NCBI RefSeq assembly: GCF_006345805.1
Contig: NW_021833746.1
Location: 1 to 64,000 of the forward strand
Direction: 5' to 3'
Source: Octopus sinensis
Lineage: Eukaryota
Length of the DNA stretch: 64,000 nt
The notes beneath the pieces were generated by a model. It saw only the letters and a program-made list of their open reading frames with translations, ran no database searches and was not told the DNA's origin. The first letter of the stretch is position 1, and the number at the start of each line of letters is the position of its first letter. This document shows positions 36,106 through 49,058 of the stretch, piece after piece. Position numbers and translations under genes: made by a program.

Positions 36106-36719
36106 TTTTTGCATATCATTTGCATATTTCGCTGCATATAATTTTTCTTCTTCTTCTTTTGAGTTTGTGAATACAGTTTTTCCGTTGTCCAAGAATGAGG
36201 CTTATTTTTTTTTTGCTTTTATTGTTTTTATTCATTTGTTTATACCAATTAATTTTCCCTGATTGCAATTGTTTCGTTTGTATGTTTTTGCCTATTGTTT
36301 TTTGTTGTTTTTTCTTTTACCATTTATCCATTTATTTGTTTATTCATTCTTTTACATATTTCGCTTTTTATTTATTCTCCCTAAAATACATCTTCCTCTT
36401 CCTCCTCCTCTTCCCACCATGCCCACCTCTTCGCTGTTTCATTTCGATATTTTCCGTTCATCATTCAAAATTTGTTTACCTGCTCAACCCACCACCTTAG
36501 TCTTCTCACTTTTTTTTTTTTTTTTGGTTTTTCTTATGTTTATGAGGTTGGTTTTTATGCTTTTTGGGGTTTCCTTCTCCCACAGCATCTGCTTTGTATC
36601 CCCATTCCCCACCACACCTACCTCACCCTTTGTCCATATCTGCACTTGTACGGACGGGCACGCTCGGGCACACTCAAATGCGTATGCACACATAGGCATG
36701 CACACACACACAGGTATTC

Positions 36720-37235
36720 ATGCCCACAGAGGCATACACAGACACACACTCTTATAATCATTAATATGCACATGCACAAAAACATTAACACACACACACA
36801 CACACACATGCACACACACACACACACAACAGAAGCATGCATACACACGACACACACATACACACACACACCTTCTTAAAATCATTAGTATGCACATACA
36901 TAGAAGTATTAACACACACACACACACAACACAAGCATGCATACACACACAACACAGGTACACACATACACATACACACACATACATGCACACACACAAC
37001 ACACACATACACACACATGCACCTTCTTAAAATCATTAGTATGCACATACATAAATGTATTAACACACACACACACACAACACAAGCATGCATACACACA
37101 CATACACACACACACAGACACATACATACACAGACACACAGACACACATACACTTAAAATTATTAATATGCACATACATAAATGTACTAACACACACACA
37201 CGCACACACACCTGCACACACACATACACACATTG
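36720..37235. repeat. CA-rich higher-order tandem repeat (~120-150 bp, 4 units)
   Basis: ccttcttaaaatcattagtatgcacataca-like anchor near 36750, 36871, 37021 and 37153. Confidence 0.85.
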
Positions 37236-37349
37236 TTTGTAAAGCATTATGACTAACTTATGGCCTATCACTGGGTCCCTTTTTTTGTTTATAATCTCAG
37301 TATTCAGGCCCCTATTTATCTTTACATGCTATTAAATAAAGGGAGACTT

Positions 37350-37660
37350 CATCATCATCATCATCGTTTAACGTCCGCTTTCCATGCTAGCATGGGTTGG
37401 ACGGTTCGACCGGGCTCTGGGAAGCCAGAAGGCTGCATCGGCCCAGTCTGATCTGGCAGTGTTTCTACAGCTGGATGCCCTTCCTAACGCCAACCACTCC
37501 GTGAGTGTAGTGGGTGCTTTTTACGTGCCACCTGCACAGGTGCCAGGGGGGTCTGGCAACGGCCACGATCGGTTGGTGCTTTTTACGTGCCACCGGCACA
37601 GAAGCCAGCCAAGGCGGCGCTGGCATTGGCCACGACATCAGCATCGGCATCGGCATCGTT
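37350..37660 (-). mobile_element. SINE family C
   Basis: (CAT)n tail, core, two internal ~60-bp subrepeats. Confidence 0.9.
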
Positions 37661-38288
37661 GTTAAAATATTGTTTCTGTATCAAACTTCTGCTTCTTTCA
37701 AAGCAAATAAACTTACCCTCATAAATGTGATATTAAAGTTGTGGGGGGCATGGAGGGGAGACAAAAAAAAACCCCATGAAAATCCCAACAGAAATATTGT
37801 AAATGGTTTTGAAGTTGAAGAGGAAGATCCTAATTTTGGCCCAAGGCCAGCAATTTTGAGGAGAATTGGGTGGGATAAGTTGATTACACTGTTCCCAATA
37901 GATGACTGGTACTTCATTTTATTAGTCCTGAATGGATGACCCCAGTGGTTTTTGAACATAATAAACCTTTCTACAGTAGGAACAAGGCTTGAAATTTTGT
38001 GGGGAGATGAATCGATTATACCAAGGATGAAAGGCAAAGTTAACCTTAGTAGAATTTGAACTCACCAAAATACCACCCCCCCCCGTCCCCAACTCTGCAG
38101 GTGTTGACATGCCCCAGTTGATGGCATCAATCTCAATTTTTTTAGGGGATCTGTGAATACCACTGTCCCTGCTCCTTCTAGAATCAGCTAGTAAAAAAAA
38201 AGAAAGAATGAGGGAAATTAAAAAAACCCTATAAAATCATATGACCCCTTTAAACACACAAGATATGAAGGACATTACAAAACACACT

Positions 38289-38534
38289 CACTTCATCAGG
38301 AGATTTAAAAAGTAAAATTTTTGGACTGCAGTGTTTTATGACAAATCATGGAGTGTCAAATCCTGCTGGTCTGAAAGTAAAAGTTGTGATCTGTGCACAG
38401 CAGAGAAGAGTCCTTAAAACCCTAAACAAGGTTTCTGTGTAAATGCCAGATCAGAGATACTAAGGAAATGCAGACCGTTTGAAAAATACTTGTTATGCAA
38501 TTGAAAGACTACCTTCAGTTGACTACAATCGCAT
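38289..38534 (+). repeat. Left arm of a ~246-bp inverted duplication (partner 42329-42576)
   Basis: About 8 differences by hand alignment. Confidence 0.92.
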
Positions 38535-38604
38535 TTCATAAGACAAGGTTTCTCACTTACGTGTCTCATTACAATTTCTGGAAAAGATGTTGTGATTGGT
38601 TATT

Positions 38605-39045
38605 TCATCATCATCATCATCATCATCATTTAACGTCCGCTTTCCATGCTAGCATGGGTTGGACGGTTCAACTGGGGACTGCGAAGCCGGAAGGCTGCAC
38701 CAGGCCAGTCAGATCTGGCAGTGTTTCTACAGCTGGATGCCCTTCCTAACGCCAACCACTCCGAGAGTGTAGTGGGTGATTTTATGTGCCACCGACACAG
38801 GTGCCAGACGAGGCTGGCAGACGGCCACGCTCGGATGGTGTTATTTATGTGCCACCGACACAGGTGCCAGACGAGGCTGGCAAACGGCCACGATCGGATG
38901 GTGTTTGTTACGTGCCCACAGCACGGAGGCCAGTCGATGCGGTACTGGCTACGGCCACATTCGGTTGGTTTTCTTGTGTGCCACCGGCACTGGTACCACC
39001 GGCACTGGTACCACAAAGATACAAATTCCATTGATGTTCATCTAT
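38605..39045 (-). mobile_element. SINE family C
   Basis: (CAT)n tail, core, three internal ~60-bp subrepeats. Confidence 0.9.
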
Positions 39046-39755
39046 TTTGATTTGTTTTGATTTTCCTTCTTTGGAAATTATCCAATCTTCTAGTTTCCTC
39101 CTTCTATCACTCACCTTCATTTTTATTTTCACTTTTCTGGCCTACACTCAATTTCTCCTTTCCCACCAATGACGGTTAGTCTCCCTTTATTACATTTAAT
39201 TTCAGTTATTCCCCTCCCCAGCCCCCAAATTAACAACAATCTATGTTATAACTTACGCCAACGATTTAATGTCAAAATTAACGGGGAAGTAACTCACAAG
39301 CGCTCGAGGATGAGTTATTTACCTTGATCTAAGTGACCGCTTGGGAAGATTTTTTTTAAAACCATTTCTTACATTTTTCATATGGAAATAAACAGGATCT
39401 GAAGACTGAACTATAGAAACGGCACATGTGATAAGTTCGCTTATATTGTTTTATAAATACACATTCATGCACACACACACACACCACACACACACACACA
39501 TGCACAAGAAAAAACCCCACCTTTTATCAATTCAAAATATAATAGAAATATTAAAATTAAAATAAAAAATGATTAAGTAAATTGCAAAAAAATAATAAAA
39601 ACGTATATAATTTTTTATTATTATTTTTTTTTTGCAATTTACTTAATCATTGGTATTTTATTGTTATTTTGATTTTAATATTTCTATTATATGTAATTTT
39701 CTAGATGGTGTAATTTAATTGTTCATTTTGAATTGATATAAGGTGGGTTTTTGTC

Positions 39756-39790
<35 letters not shown>

Positions 39791-39819
39791 AGGTTTGGAG
39801 ATGATGTACAGGTATTATA

Positions 39820-40036
39820 TATTAGAAGAAATGAGGTACTCAGAAGATCAGATGGTTTATATTTACAGATATTTATTTATATATTACATTTTTTATATAT
39901 ATATCATATCACTTAGTTCATTAGTGCTTTCTCCCATTCTAGTGGGGTTTTCAAATCAAACTAAGTTTGTAATATATAAATAAATATCTGTAAATATAAA
40001 CCATCCGATCTTCTGAATACCTCATTTCTTCTAATA
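39820..40036. repeat. 68-bp inverted repeat (2 mismatches) with 81-bp spacer
   Basis: Arms 39820-39887 and 39969-40036. A shorter AT-rich inverted repeat lies at 39538-39691. Confidence 0.9.
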
Positions 40037-40145
40037 CATATATATATATATATATTAATTGTGTGAAATTTGATTTAGTATTTCTAAATTGAATTTTTTT
40101 CCCTGTAAGTTGGATTAATATTCCCTCAATAATTATATATATATA

Positions 40146-40181
<36 letters not shown>

Positions 40182-40185
40182 CATA

Positions 40186-41062
40186 CATTCAGGGTTTTGC
40201 AAAGAAACTGAGACAATTTTTACGATACAATAAAGCAATTTATAAATACTAAGATAGCAGTAATAGACACAGATATTATTTTACTGTAACATTTATTACA
40301 ACAAAAACAGTTATCACGCAGTATGGCTGCCCTTTTGGGAAATTTCTGCCTCCACACGAGAATGAAATTTTTGTGCTGCTGCTGCAGCCTCCACCGTTTT
40401 GATTTTGCATGTTGCACGCATGATGCAGATCTTCAAGCTGTTGACACTCGAGTGTGGTGAAGCATTGGCCCTTGCTTGGTGTATGCCCCGTAAAAAGTAA
40501 TCGAGAAGGTTGAGGTCTGGGTTACTGCCGGGCCAGATGCTGGCCCTCACAAAAAAAAATGGTGCTCTTTACTCTTTTACTTGTTTCAGTCAATTGACTG
40601 CGGCCATGCTGGAGCACCGCCTTTAATCGAGCAATTTGACCCCGAATTGTGTGGTAGGGAGCTTGCTTTCCAATGACATGGTTCCAGGTTCAGTACTGAT
40701 GCATGGCACCTAGGGCAAGTGTCTCTTACTATTGCCTCAGGCACACCAAAGACTTATTCTTTTGTAAGCCCAGTACTTATTCTATCGGTCTCTTTTGCCA
40801 AACCGCTAAGTAACGGGGACATAAACACACCAGCATCGGTTGTCAAGCAATGCTAGGGGAACAAACACAAACACACACATGCATATATATACATATATAC
40901 GACGGGCTTCTTTCAGTTTCCATCTACCAAATCCACTCACAAGGCTTTGGTCGGCCCGAGGCTATAGTAGAAGACACTTGCCCAAGGTGCCATGCAGTGG
41001 GACTGAACCCGGAACCATGTGGTTGGTAAACAAGCTACTTACCACACAGGCAGTCCTACACC

Positions 41063-41095
<33 letters not shown>

Positions 41096-41262
41096 TATAT
41101 GAGAAGTCTGAGGAATGGTACTGTGGAATGGTGCAGCAATTCTTGATAAGCACACGTTGTCAAGCCCAAACTTTTGGTCTATCCAAGGTAAGAGAGAGTT
41201 CTTCAGGATGTCCAGATACTCCTCTGTGCCGATCTTCAAGCCAGACTCAATGAAGTGTGCCC
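40186..41262 (-). mobile_element. Tc1/mariner (maT/DD37D-like) transposase remnant split by SINE A
   Basis: HFIESGLKIGTEEYLDILKNSLLPWIDQKFG (41262-41130) and WPGSNPDLNLLDYF.RGI..NASPHSSVNSLK (40550-40400). Putative TIR cagggttttgcaaagaaactgagaca at ~40188. Confidence 0.8.
40566..41063 (-). mobile_element. SINE family A containing an inverted head fragment
   Basis: A plus-strand head piece (40648-40745) sits inside a minus-strand copy. Confidence 0.85.
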
Positions 41263-41505
41263 ATCATCATCATCGTTTAATGTCCGTTCTCCATGCTAGC
41301 ATGGGTTGGACGGTTCGACCGGGGATCTGGGAAGCCAGAAGGCTGCATCAGGCTCCAGTCTGATCTGGCAGTGTTTTTACAGCTGGATGCCCTTCCTAAC
41401 GCCAACCACTCCGAGAGTGTAGTGGGTGCTTTTTATGTGCCACCGGCACAGGTGCCAGGCGAGGCTGGCAACGGCCACAATCGGATGGTGCTTTTTACGT
41501 GGTGC
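41263..41505 (-). mobile_element. SINE family C
   Basis: (CAT)n tail plus core. Confidence 0.9.
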
Positions 41506-41735
41506 CAAAACAGCAATGGCAGAACGATTCTCTTGACTTTCTGTTGTTGAATCAGTTTGCTATTTACCTGAAAAATAAAAATGGGGATTAGATTTTCAAG
41601 CAAGCAAAGTTTCGTCAGAAAATGAAGTTTGAAACCCACTGCTTAAAATTGGTCTCAGTTTATCTACAAGACTCTGTATAGTTTCACACACACATATACA
41701 CTCGTGTATGCATGTGTGTATACACACATTTACAT

Positions 41736-42138
41736 ACTCTTACTCTTTTACTTGTTTCAGTCATTTGACTGCAGCCATGCTGGAGCACCGCCTTTAATCA
41801 AGCAACTCGACCCCGGGACTTATTCTTTTGTAAGCCCAGTACTTATTCTATCGGTCTCTTTTGCCGAACCGCTAGGTAACGGGGACATAAACACACCAGC
41901 ATCGGTTGTCATGCAATGCTAGGGGAACAAACACAGACACACAAACACACATGCATATATATATATATATATACGATGGGCTTCTTTCAGTTTCCGTCTA
42001 CCAAATCCACTCACAAGGCTTTGGTCGGCCCAAGGCTATAGTAGAAGACACTTGCCCAAGGTGCCACGTAGTGGGACTGAACCCAGGACCATGTGGTTGG
42101 TAAACAAGCTACTTACCACACACTCACTCTTGCGCCTA
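41736..42138 (-). mobile_element. SINE family A
   Basis: Both halves. Confidence 0.9.
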
Positions 42139-42328
42139 TACTTATATTTTGCTTACTCGTCTATATGTTGCACTAGTTCATTCTCAGTTTTAACGTTAAA
42201 AAGTTGAGATGCAACGTAGCAAAGATATTTTGTACTGTGGTTCAACACTAAATAAGGTGTGTGACTTATATACGCACCTGGTATATGTATTATATTTTGT
42301 CCGTTTATGCATACCCACTATATATTAC

Positions 42329-42576
42329 ATGCAATTGTAGCCAACTGAAGGTAGTGTCTTTCAATTGCATAACAAGTATTTTTCAAACAGTCTGCATTTC
42401 CTTAATATCTCTGATCTGGCATTTACACAGAAACCTTGTTTAGGGTTTTAAGGACTCTTCTCTGCTGTGCACAGATCACAACTTTTACTTTCAGACCAGC
42501 AGGATTTGACACTCCATTATTTATCATAAAACACTGCAGTCCAAAAATTTTACTTTTTAAATCTCCAGATGAAGTG
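42329..42576 (-). repeat. Right arm of the ~246-bp inverted duplication
   Basis: Reverse complement of 38289-38534. Confidence 0.92.
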
Positions 42577-42923
42577 TGTGTGTGTGTGTGTGTTTGAGTT
42601 TGTGAATGTTTGGGTTTGCTACTTTCAAATGTGTGTGTGTGTGTGAGTGTGTAATATATAATTACGATTAAGTTGAATTAAGTACTTAATTGAGGTACCT
42701 TGATAGTTTGATATCGTATGTACAGGTGTCAATACATTGCGGCCGTTTCAAGTGGCTCCATTCAATTAATCAATGAAGGCATTACATCATTTTGAAAGAA
42801 ACCACTCTCTTCAGAAGCAGATGACCATATAGATTTCAATCACAAAGGAGAAACCATTTTTAGTAAATTTACATCAGTAATAGAGACCAAAATAATTACA
42901 TTGTTTCCTTAGTTTTATGTATA

Positions 42924-43494
42924 TACTAGCAGTATCGCCCGGCGTTGCTCGGGTTTGTAAGGGAAATAACTATATAAGCATTTTTAGAGAGTTATAGCCA
43001 AAAAATAGCAAAAAATGCATTAAAAATGGAAAAAAAAATGATGGTAAATTTTTTTTTGAATCGTTGACTCATCGTAGACATTTTTAGAGAGTTACTTCCC
43101 CTATATAATAGCGAAAAAATGCATTAAAATGGAAAAAAATGATGGTAAATTTTTTTTTAAATCGTTGACTCATCGTAGACGTTTTTAGAGAGTTACTTCC
43201 CTTATATAATAGCGAATAAATGCATTAAAATGGAAAAAAATGATGGTAAATTTTTTTTAAAATCGTTGACTCATCGTAGACATTTTTATATAATAGCGAA
43301 AAAATGGAAAAAAATGATGGTAAATTTTTTTTTAAATCGTAGACTCATCGTAGACGCACGCTAATACCCAGAAGGACTCGATATGAATCACGATTATAAG
43401 ATACCCGGTTTTGGTTAAACTGCACCGCAAAATGTGGGAGTAGTTAGAAATCTAAATCGTAGGAGACAGACAACACATAACCTCACTTTTATAT
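42924..43494 (+). mobile_element. Helentron/HINE-like element with an internal ~100-bp tandem array
   Basis: TACTAGCAGTATCGCCCGGCGTTGCTCGGG start. About 4 internal units (gagttacttcc..gactcatcgtagac) versus about 1 in the copy at 8178. Confidence 0.65.
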
Positions 43495-43902
43495 ACTCTT
43501 TACTCTTTACTCTTTTACTTGTTTCAGTCATTTGACTGTGGCCATGCTGGAGCACCGCCTTTAGTCGAGCAAATCGACCCCGGGACTTATTCTTTGTAAG
43601 CCCAGTACTTATTCTATCAGTCTCTTTTGCTGAACCGCTAAGTGACGGGGACGTAAACACACAGCATCGGTTGTCAAGCAAAGCTGGGGGGACAAACACA
43701 GACACACACAACATATACACACACTTATATATATATATCATATATACGACAGGCTTCTTTCAGTTTCCGTCTACCAAATCCACTCCACTCACAGGCATTG
43801 TCAGCCCGGGGCTATAGCAGAAGACACTTGCCCAAGATGCCATGCAGTGGGACTGAACCCGGAACCATGTGGTTGGTTAGCAAGCTACTTACGACACAGC
43901 CA
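43493..43902 (-). mobile_element. SINE family A
   Basis: Both halves. Confidence 0.9.
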
Positions 43903-44177
43903 TCAAGATTTGTGTCAGAATGAGTTTAGAAAATATTGCATATCTTATTAAGCCTATTATAATTTAGAGAGTAGCAGAGGAAAATAGTTGGGATCAAGAT
44001 ATAGGAGAGATGTAGTTGTTTATATTTAGAATATTTTATGCTGCTTGTAGCCCTCAACCATTTAGAATTAAATCCTTTGGCAGTTGTTAACTGTATTCTA
44101 TCTAGTTGGTGGTGATAAATCAATTAATGCCACAAAATCTCCCTAACTCTTGCTGTACTAGAACCATATGTCTAGCT

Positions 44178-44855
44178 CAGTGGTTTTCAACCAGGGTTCC
44201 GCGGAACCCTAAGGTTCGCGGAACCCTAAGGTTCCGCGGAACCTTAGGGTTCCGCCAGTACAGTCCAGGGGTTCCGCAAGAAGTTACAAAACTGCTAAAA
44301 TCGGCAGTAATTTTTAATTCTCCTGTGCAGATATGTGTGCATAAGACTATTAAATTAGGCGCAGGAGTGGCTGTGTGGTAAGCAGCTTGTTTACCAACCA
44401 CATGGTTCCGGGTTCAGTCTCACTGCGTGGCACCTTGGGCAAGTGTCTTCTACTATAGCCTCGGGCCGACCAAAGCCTTGTGAGTGAAATTGGTAGACGG
44501 AAACTGAAAGAAGCCCGTCGTATATATGTATATATATATATATAATGCGTGTGTATATATATATGCGTGTGTGTGTTTGTGTGAGTGTGTTTGTCCCCCT
44601 AACATTGCTTGACAACCGATGCTGGTGTGTTTATGTCCCCGTTACTTAGCGTTTCGGCAAAAGAGACCGATAGAATAAGTACTGGGCTTACAAAAAGAAT
44701 AAGTCCCGGGGTCGAGTTGCTCGATTAAAGACGGTGCTCCAGCATGGCCGCAGTCAACTGACTGAAACAAGTAAAAGAGTAAAAGAGTAGGGGTTCCTTG
44801 AGCCAGTGGAATGTTTTCTTGGGGTTCCGCTCCAGCAAAAAAGTTTGAAAAGCAC
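44178..44855. mobile_element. hAT MITE split by a plus-strand SINE A (44357-44789)
   Basis: CAGTGGTTTTCAA left end and TTGAAAAGCAC right end. Same family as 51010-51210. Confidence 0.85.
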
Positions 44856-45429
44856 AACACACACACATACACACACTCACTCACTCACAGACACTTATAC
44901 ATACACAGACATATTTAATGACTTACATCTGACTGGGCCTGATGAAGCCTTCCAGCTTCACAGACCCCAGTTGAACCGTCCAACCCATGCTAGCATGGAA
45001 AACGGACGCTAAATGATGATGATGATGATGATGTAAGGGGGGAAGGACATTTTGGGGGCATCAAACAGCCATTTTCCTATTTGGTGAACTTCATTCTTAC
45101 AGCTAAACCCAGGAGCAAATATGAAATATCTCAGGACTATTCCAATGTTCTAATTTCCATGATTACACACACACATACACACACACACACACATACACAC
45201 ACACACACACACTGCTTTCATGACATCTCCCAAATCCTGTGACATTTAAATGTCTCACTGCTTTTGAGATGAATTATTGATTTAGGCATGATTGACACAG
45301 CTTCACAATTTTTTTTGATCTCCTTAATTAAATGCCTAAATGTCTATAATGAGATTTATAATCTTTCCAGTTTGTAAACTAATCTTTACTGCATGTATTT
45401 AATATGTGTGTGTGCATATAGCATTTAAA

Positions 45430-45453
45430 AATATTTATATATGTGTATATATG

Positions 45454-45495
<42 letters not shown>

Positions 45496-45510
45496 TATAT
45501 AATGTATATG

Positions 45511-45541
<31 letters not shown>

Positions 45542-45658
45542 AGTATATATGACTATATATAATATATGTATATGTGTATATGTGTATATATGTATATGTG
45601 TATATATGTGTATGTGTATATATGTATATGTGTATATATGTATATGTGTATATATTAT

Positions 45659-45695
<37 letters not shown>

Positions 45696-45862
45696 GTATA
45701 ATATATATGTAATGTATATATATATGTATATATATATATATGTATATATAATATAGTATGTATATATATATGTTATATATAATATATGTATATATGTATA
45801 TGTATATATGTATATATATGTATATATGTATATATATGTGTATATATGTATATGTATATATG

Positions 45863-45914
<52 letters not shown>

Positions 45915-45920
45915 TACAAA
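45430..45920. repeat. (TA/TG) compound microsatellite
   Basis: Directly visible. Confidence 0.95.
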
Positions 45921-45949
45921 CATACAATATATCTGTAAATGATAATATG

Positions 45950-46280
45950 TGACAGCATGGCTCAGTGGTTAGAGCGTCGAGCTTACGATCGTGAGGTTGT
46001 GAGCTCGAATCCCGGACCGGGCTGCGTGTTGTATTCTTGAGCAAGGCACTTTATTTCACGTTGCTCCAGTTCACTCACTGTAAGAAATGAGTTGCGACGT
46101 CACTGGTGCCAAGCTGTATCGACCTTTGTCTTTCCCTTGGATAACACTGGTGGTGTGAGAGGGGAGACTGGTATGCATGGGCGACTGCTGGTCTTCCATA
46201 AACAACCTTGCCCGACTTGTGTCTAGGAGGGTAACTTTTAGTGCAATCCCATGGTCATTCATGACCGAAGGGGGTCTTTA
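45950..46280 (+). mobile_element. tRNA-headed SINE (family E)
   Basis: A box TGGCTCAGTGG, B box GCTCGAATCCC, core ttcttgagcaaggcactttatttcacgttgctccag. Confidence 0.75.
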
Positions 46281-46483
46281 TTACTTGGTAGCCACGATAA
46301 AATTCCGAGTTTCGGATGCCGAGGTGGAAATCCACCCCAGCTTGGCATCCAAAACTTGGAGCTTTATCATGGCTACCGAATAATTGTCACATATTACATT
46401 TACAGATAAATTCCTCTATTTACATAATATCAAGGTCTCTTTCTTTGTTTTGTTGTCTTACCATTTTTATCAATATATATATA

Positions 46484-46876
46484 CTCTCTTTTTCACTCTT
46501 TTACTTGTTTCAGTCATTTGACTGCGGCCATGCTGGAGCACCGCCTTTAGTCGAGCAATCGACCCCGGGACTTATTCTTTGTGAGCCCAGTACTTATTCT
46601 ATCGATCTCTTTTGCCGAACCACTAAGTGACAGGGACGTAAACACACCAGCATCGGTTGTCAAGCAATGCAAGGGGGACAAACACAGACACACAAACACA
46701 CACATACATATATATACAACAGTCTTCTTTCAGTTTCCGTCTACCAAATCTACTCACAAGGATTGGTCGGCCCGGGGCTATAGCAGAAGACACTTGCCCA
46801 AGATGCCACACAGTTGGACTGAACCCGGAACCATGTGGTTGGTTAGCAAGCTACTTACTACACAGCCACTCCTGCG

Positions 46877-46879
<3 letters not shown>
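46484..46879 (-). mobile_element. SINE family A
   Basis: Both halves. Confidence 0.9.
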
Positions 46880-46912
<33 letters not shown>

Positions 46913-47225
46913 CACACACACATACATACATACATACATACATACGAGACAAATTGGAAATAATGGTTATTACATATAATTTCCTTTATTAGAGCAAAAC
47001 TTGCAAAACTTGCTCTAATAACGGAATAATGTGTAATAACCGTTGTTTTAAACTTGCCTCTTATATATCAGTCTGTAAAAAACCCATTTGTTTGCAGCCC
47101 ATCCACAGACTTTATATATAGAATTGTGATGAACCCTAGTCTAAGTAGCGTTGTTAGCCTGGTGTGCCGACAGAGAGCTTAGGAAGTATTTTGCCCAGAT
47201 AGATAATCTCTCACTATTTGTTCTA

Positions 47226-47269
<44 letters not shown>

Positions 47270-47272
<3 letters not shown>

Positions 47273-47530
47273 TCATCATCATCGTTTAATGTCTGTTTTC
47301 CGCGCTAGCATGGGCTGGACTGTTCGACCGGGGATCTGAGAAGCCAGAAGGCTGCACCAGGCTCCAGTCTGATCTGGCAGTGTTTCTACAGCTGGATGCC
47401 CTTCCTAACGCCACCAACTCCGTGAGTTTAGTGGGTGCTTTTTACATGCCACTGGCACAGGTGCCAGGGGAGGTTGGCAAACGGCCACGATCGGTTGGTG
47501 CTTTTTACGTGCCACTGGCACGGAAGCCAC
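47270..47530 (-). mobile_element. SINE family C
   Basis: (CAT)n tail plus core. Confidence 0.9.
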
Positions 47531-47653
47531 TCTCTCTCTCTGTATATATATATATATATAATAACAAAGGCTGAAATTAATTAATTAAGTAATCAGTAAT
47601 TTCACCAAGTAGAATTCGACATGAAAAGGACCATTTCATGGTAAGCTTAAGTA

Positions 47654-47813
47654 ATACTTTATAAATAGGGTTCAGCAACGATTTGCTTCACCACATACCG
47701 AAGTTTAGAAATAGCAGTCAAAAAAGAAGGAATAGCTAAGATTTTTTGACTGCTATTTCTAAACTTCGGTATGTGGTGAAGCAAATCGTTGCTGAACCCT
47801 ATTTATAAAGTAT
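47654..47813. repeat. Perfect 72-bp inverted repeat with 16-nt spacer
   Basis: Arms 47654-47725 and 47742-47813 are exact. Same family as 16881 and 17827. Confidence 0.95.
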
Positions 47814-47823
47814 ATATATATAT

Positions 47824-48248
47824 AGGCGCAGGAGTGGCTGTGTGGTAAGTAGCTTGCTAACCAACCACATGGTTCCGGGTTCAGTCCCACTGCGTGGCAT
47901 CTTGGGCAAGTGTCTTATGCTATAGCCCCGGGCCGACCAATGCCTTCTGAGTGGATTTGGTAGACGTAAACTGAAAGAAGCCTGTCGTATATATGTATAT
48001 ATATATGTATATATATATATGTATGTGTGAGTGTGTTTGTGTGTCTGTGTTTGTCCCCTAGCATTGCTTGACAACCGATGCTGGTGTGTTTACGTCCCCG
48101 TCACTTAGCGGTTCGGCAAAAGAGACCGATAGAATAAGTACTGGGCTTACAAAAGAATAAGTCCCGGGGTTGATTTGCTCGACTAAAAAAAGGCGGTGCT
48201 CCAGCTTGACCGCAGTCAAATGACTGAAACAAGTAAAAGAGTAAAAGA
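47824..48248 (+). mobile_element. SINE family A, full length
   Basis: Both halves, head preceded by (TA)n. Confidence 0.9.
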
Positions 48249-48649
48249 TTGTATATAATCACAGCCTCAGAATTTTATTGCTGTCATATAGTCTGAGAGG
48301 GTTGAGAAGTTGTGATGTTGATGTTTTTTTTCCTGAAGCCTATATAACGCTGTATTGTCATAATTGTCTTTTGAATCTTGTTCTCTGATTAGAGTTATCT
48401 CCCTTGATCTATACCGCTGGAATATCCTCGGCTGACCTATGATCACCAAACACATTCGGGAATAGTGTATCTAGGACTAAATTCTTAACAGGTCGCCTTT
48501 GCCTTTCATGTTTTTTTTTATTTTTGGTTAGTGGGGGTAGGTGTCAGTGAGATAAGTACCAGTTGAGCTACTGGGGTCGATGTATTTGACTTGTCCCCTC
48601 GCCACAAAATACCAGCCCTTGTGCCTTTGATTGTACCAATATTGTTATC

Positions 48650-49058
48650 CTCTTTTACTTGTTTCAGTCATTTGACTGCGGCCATGCTGGAGCACCGCCT
48701 TTAATCGAGCAACTCGACCCTGGGATTTATTCTTTTGTAAGCCCAGTACTTATTCTATCGGTCACTTTTGCCGAACCGCTAAGTGACGGGGACGTAAACA
48801 CACCAGCATCGGTTGTCAAGCAATGCTGGGGAGACAAACACAGACACACAAACATATACACATACATACATACATATATATATATACATATATACGATGG
48901 GCTTCTTTCAGTTTCCGTCTACCAAATCCACTCACAAGGCTTTGGTCGGCCCGAGGCTATAGTAGAAGACACTTGCCCAAGGTGCTACGCAGTGGGACTG
49001 AACCCAGAACCATGTGGTTGGTAAACAAGCTACTTACCACACAGCCACTCCTGCCCCT
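48650..49058 (-). mobile_element. SINE family A
   Basis: Both halves. Confidence 0.9.

Noticed and set aside
39205-39290. Possible extra exon in the 19.6-kb intron (tttcAG|TTATTCCCC...)
   Set aside because: The only donor is phase 2 and the frame stops, which is incompatible with the flanking phase-0 junctions.
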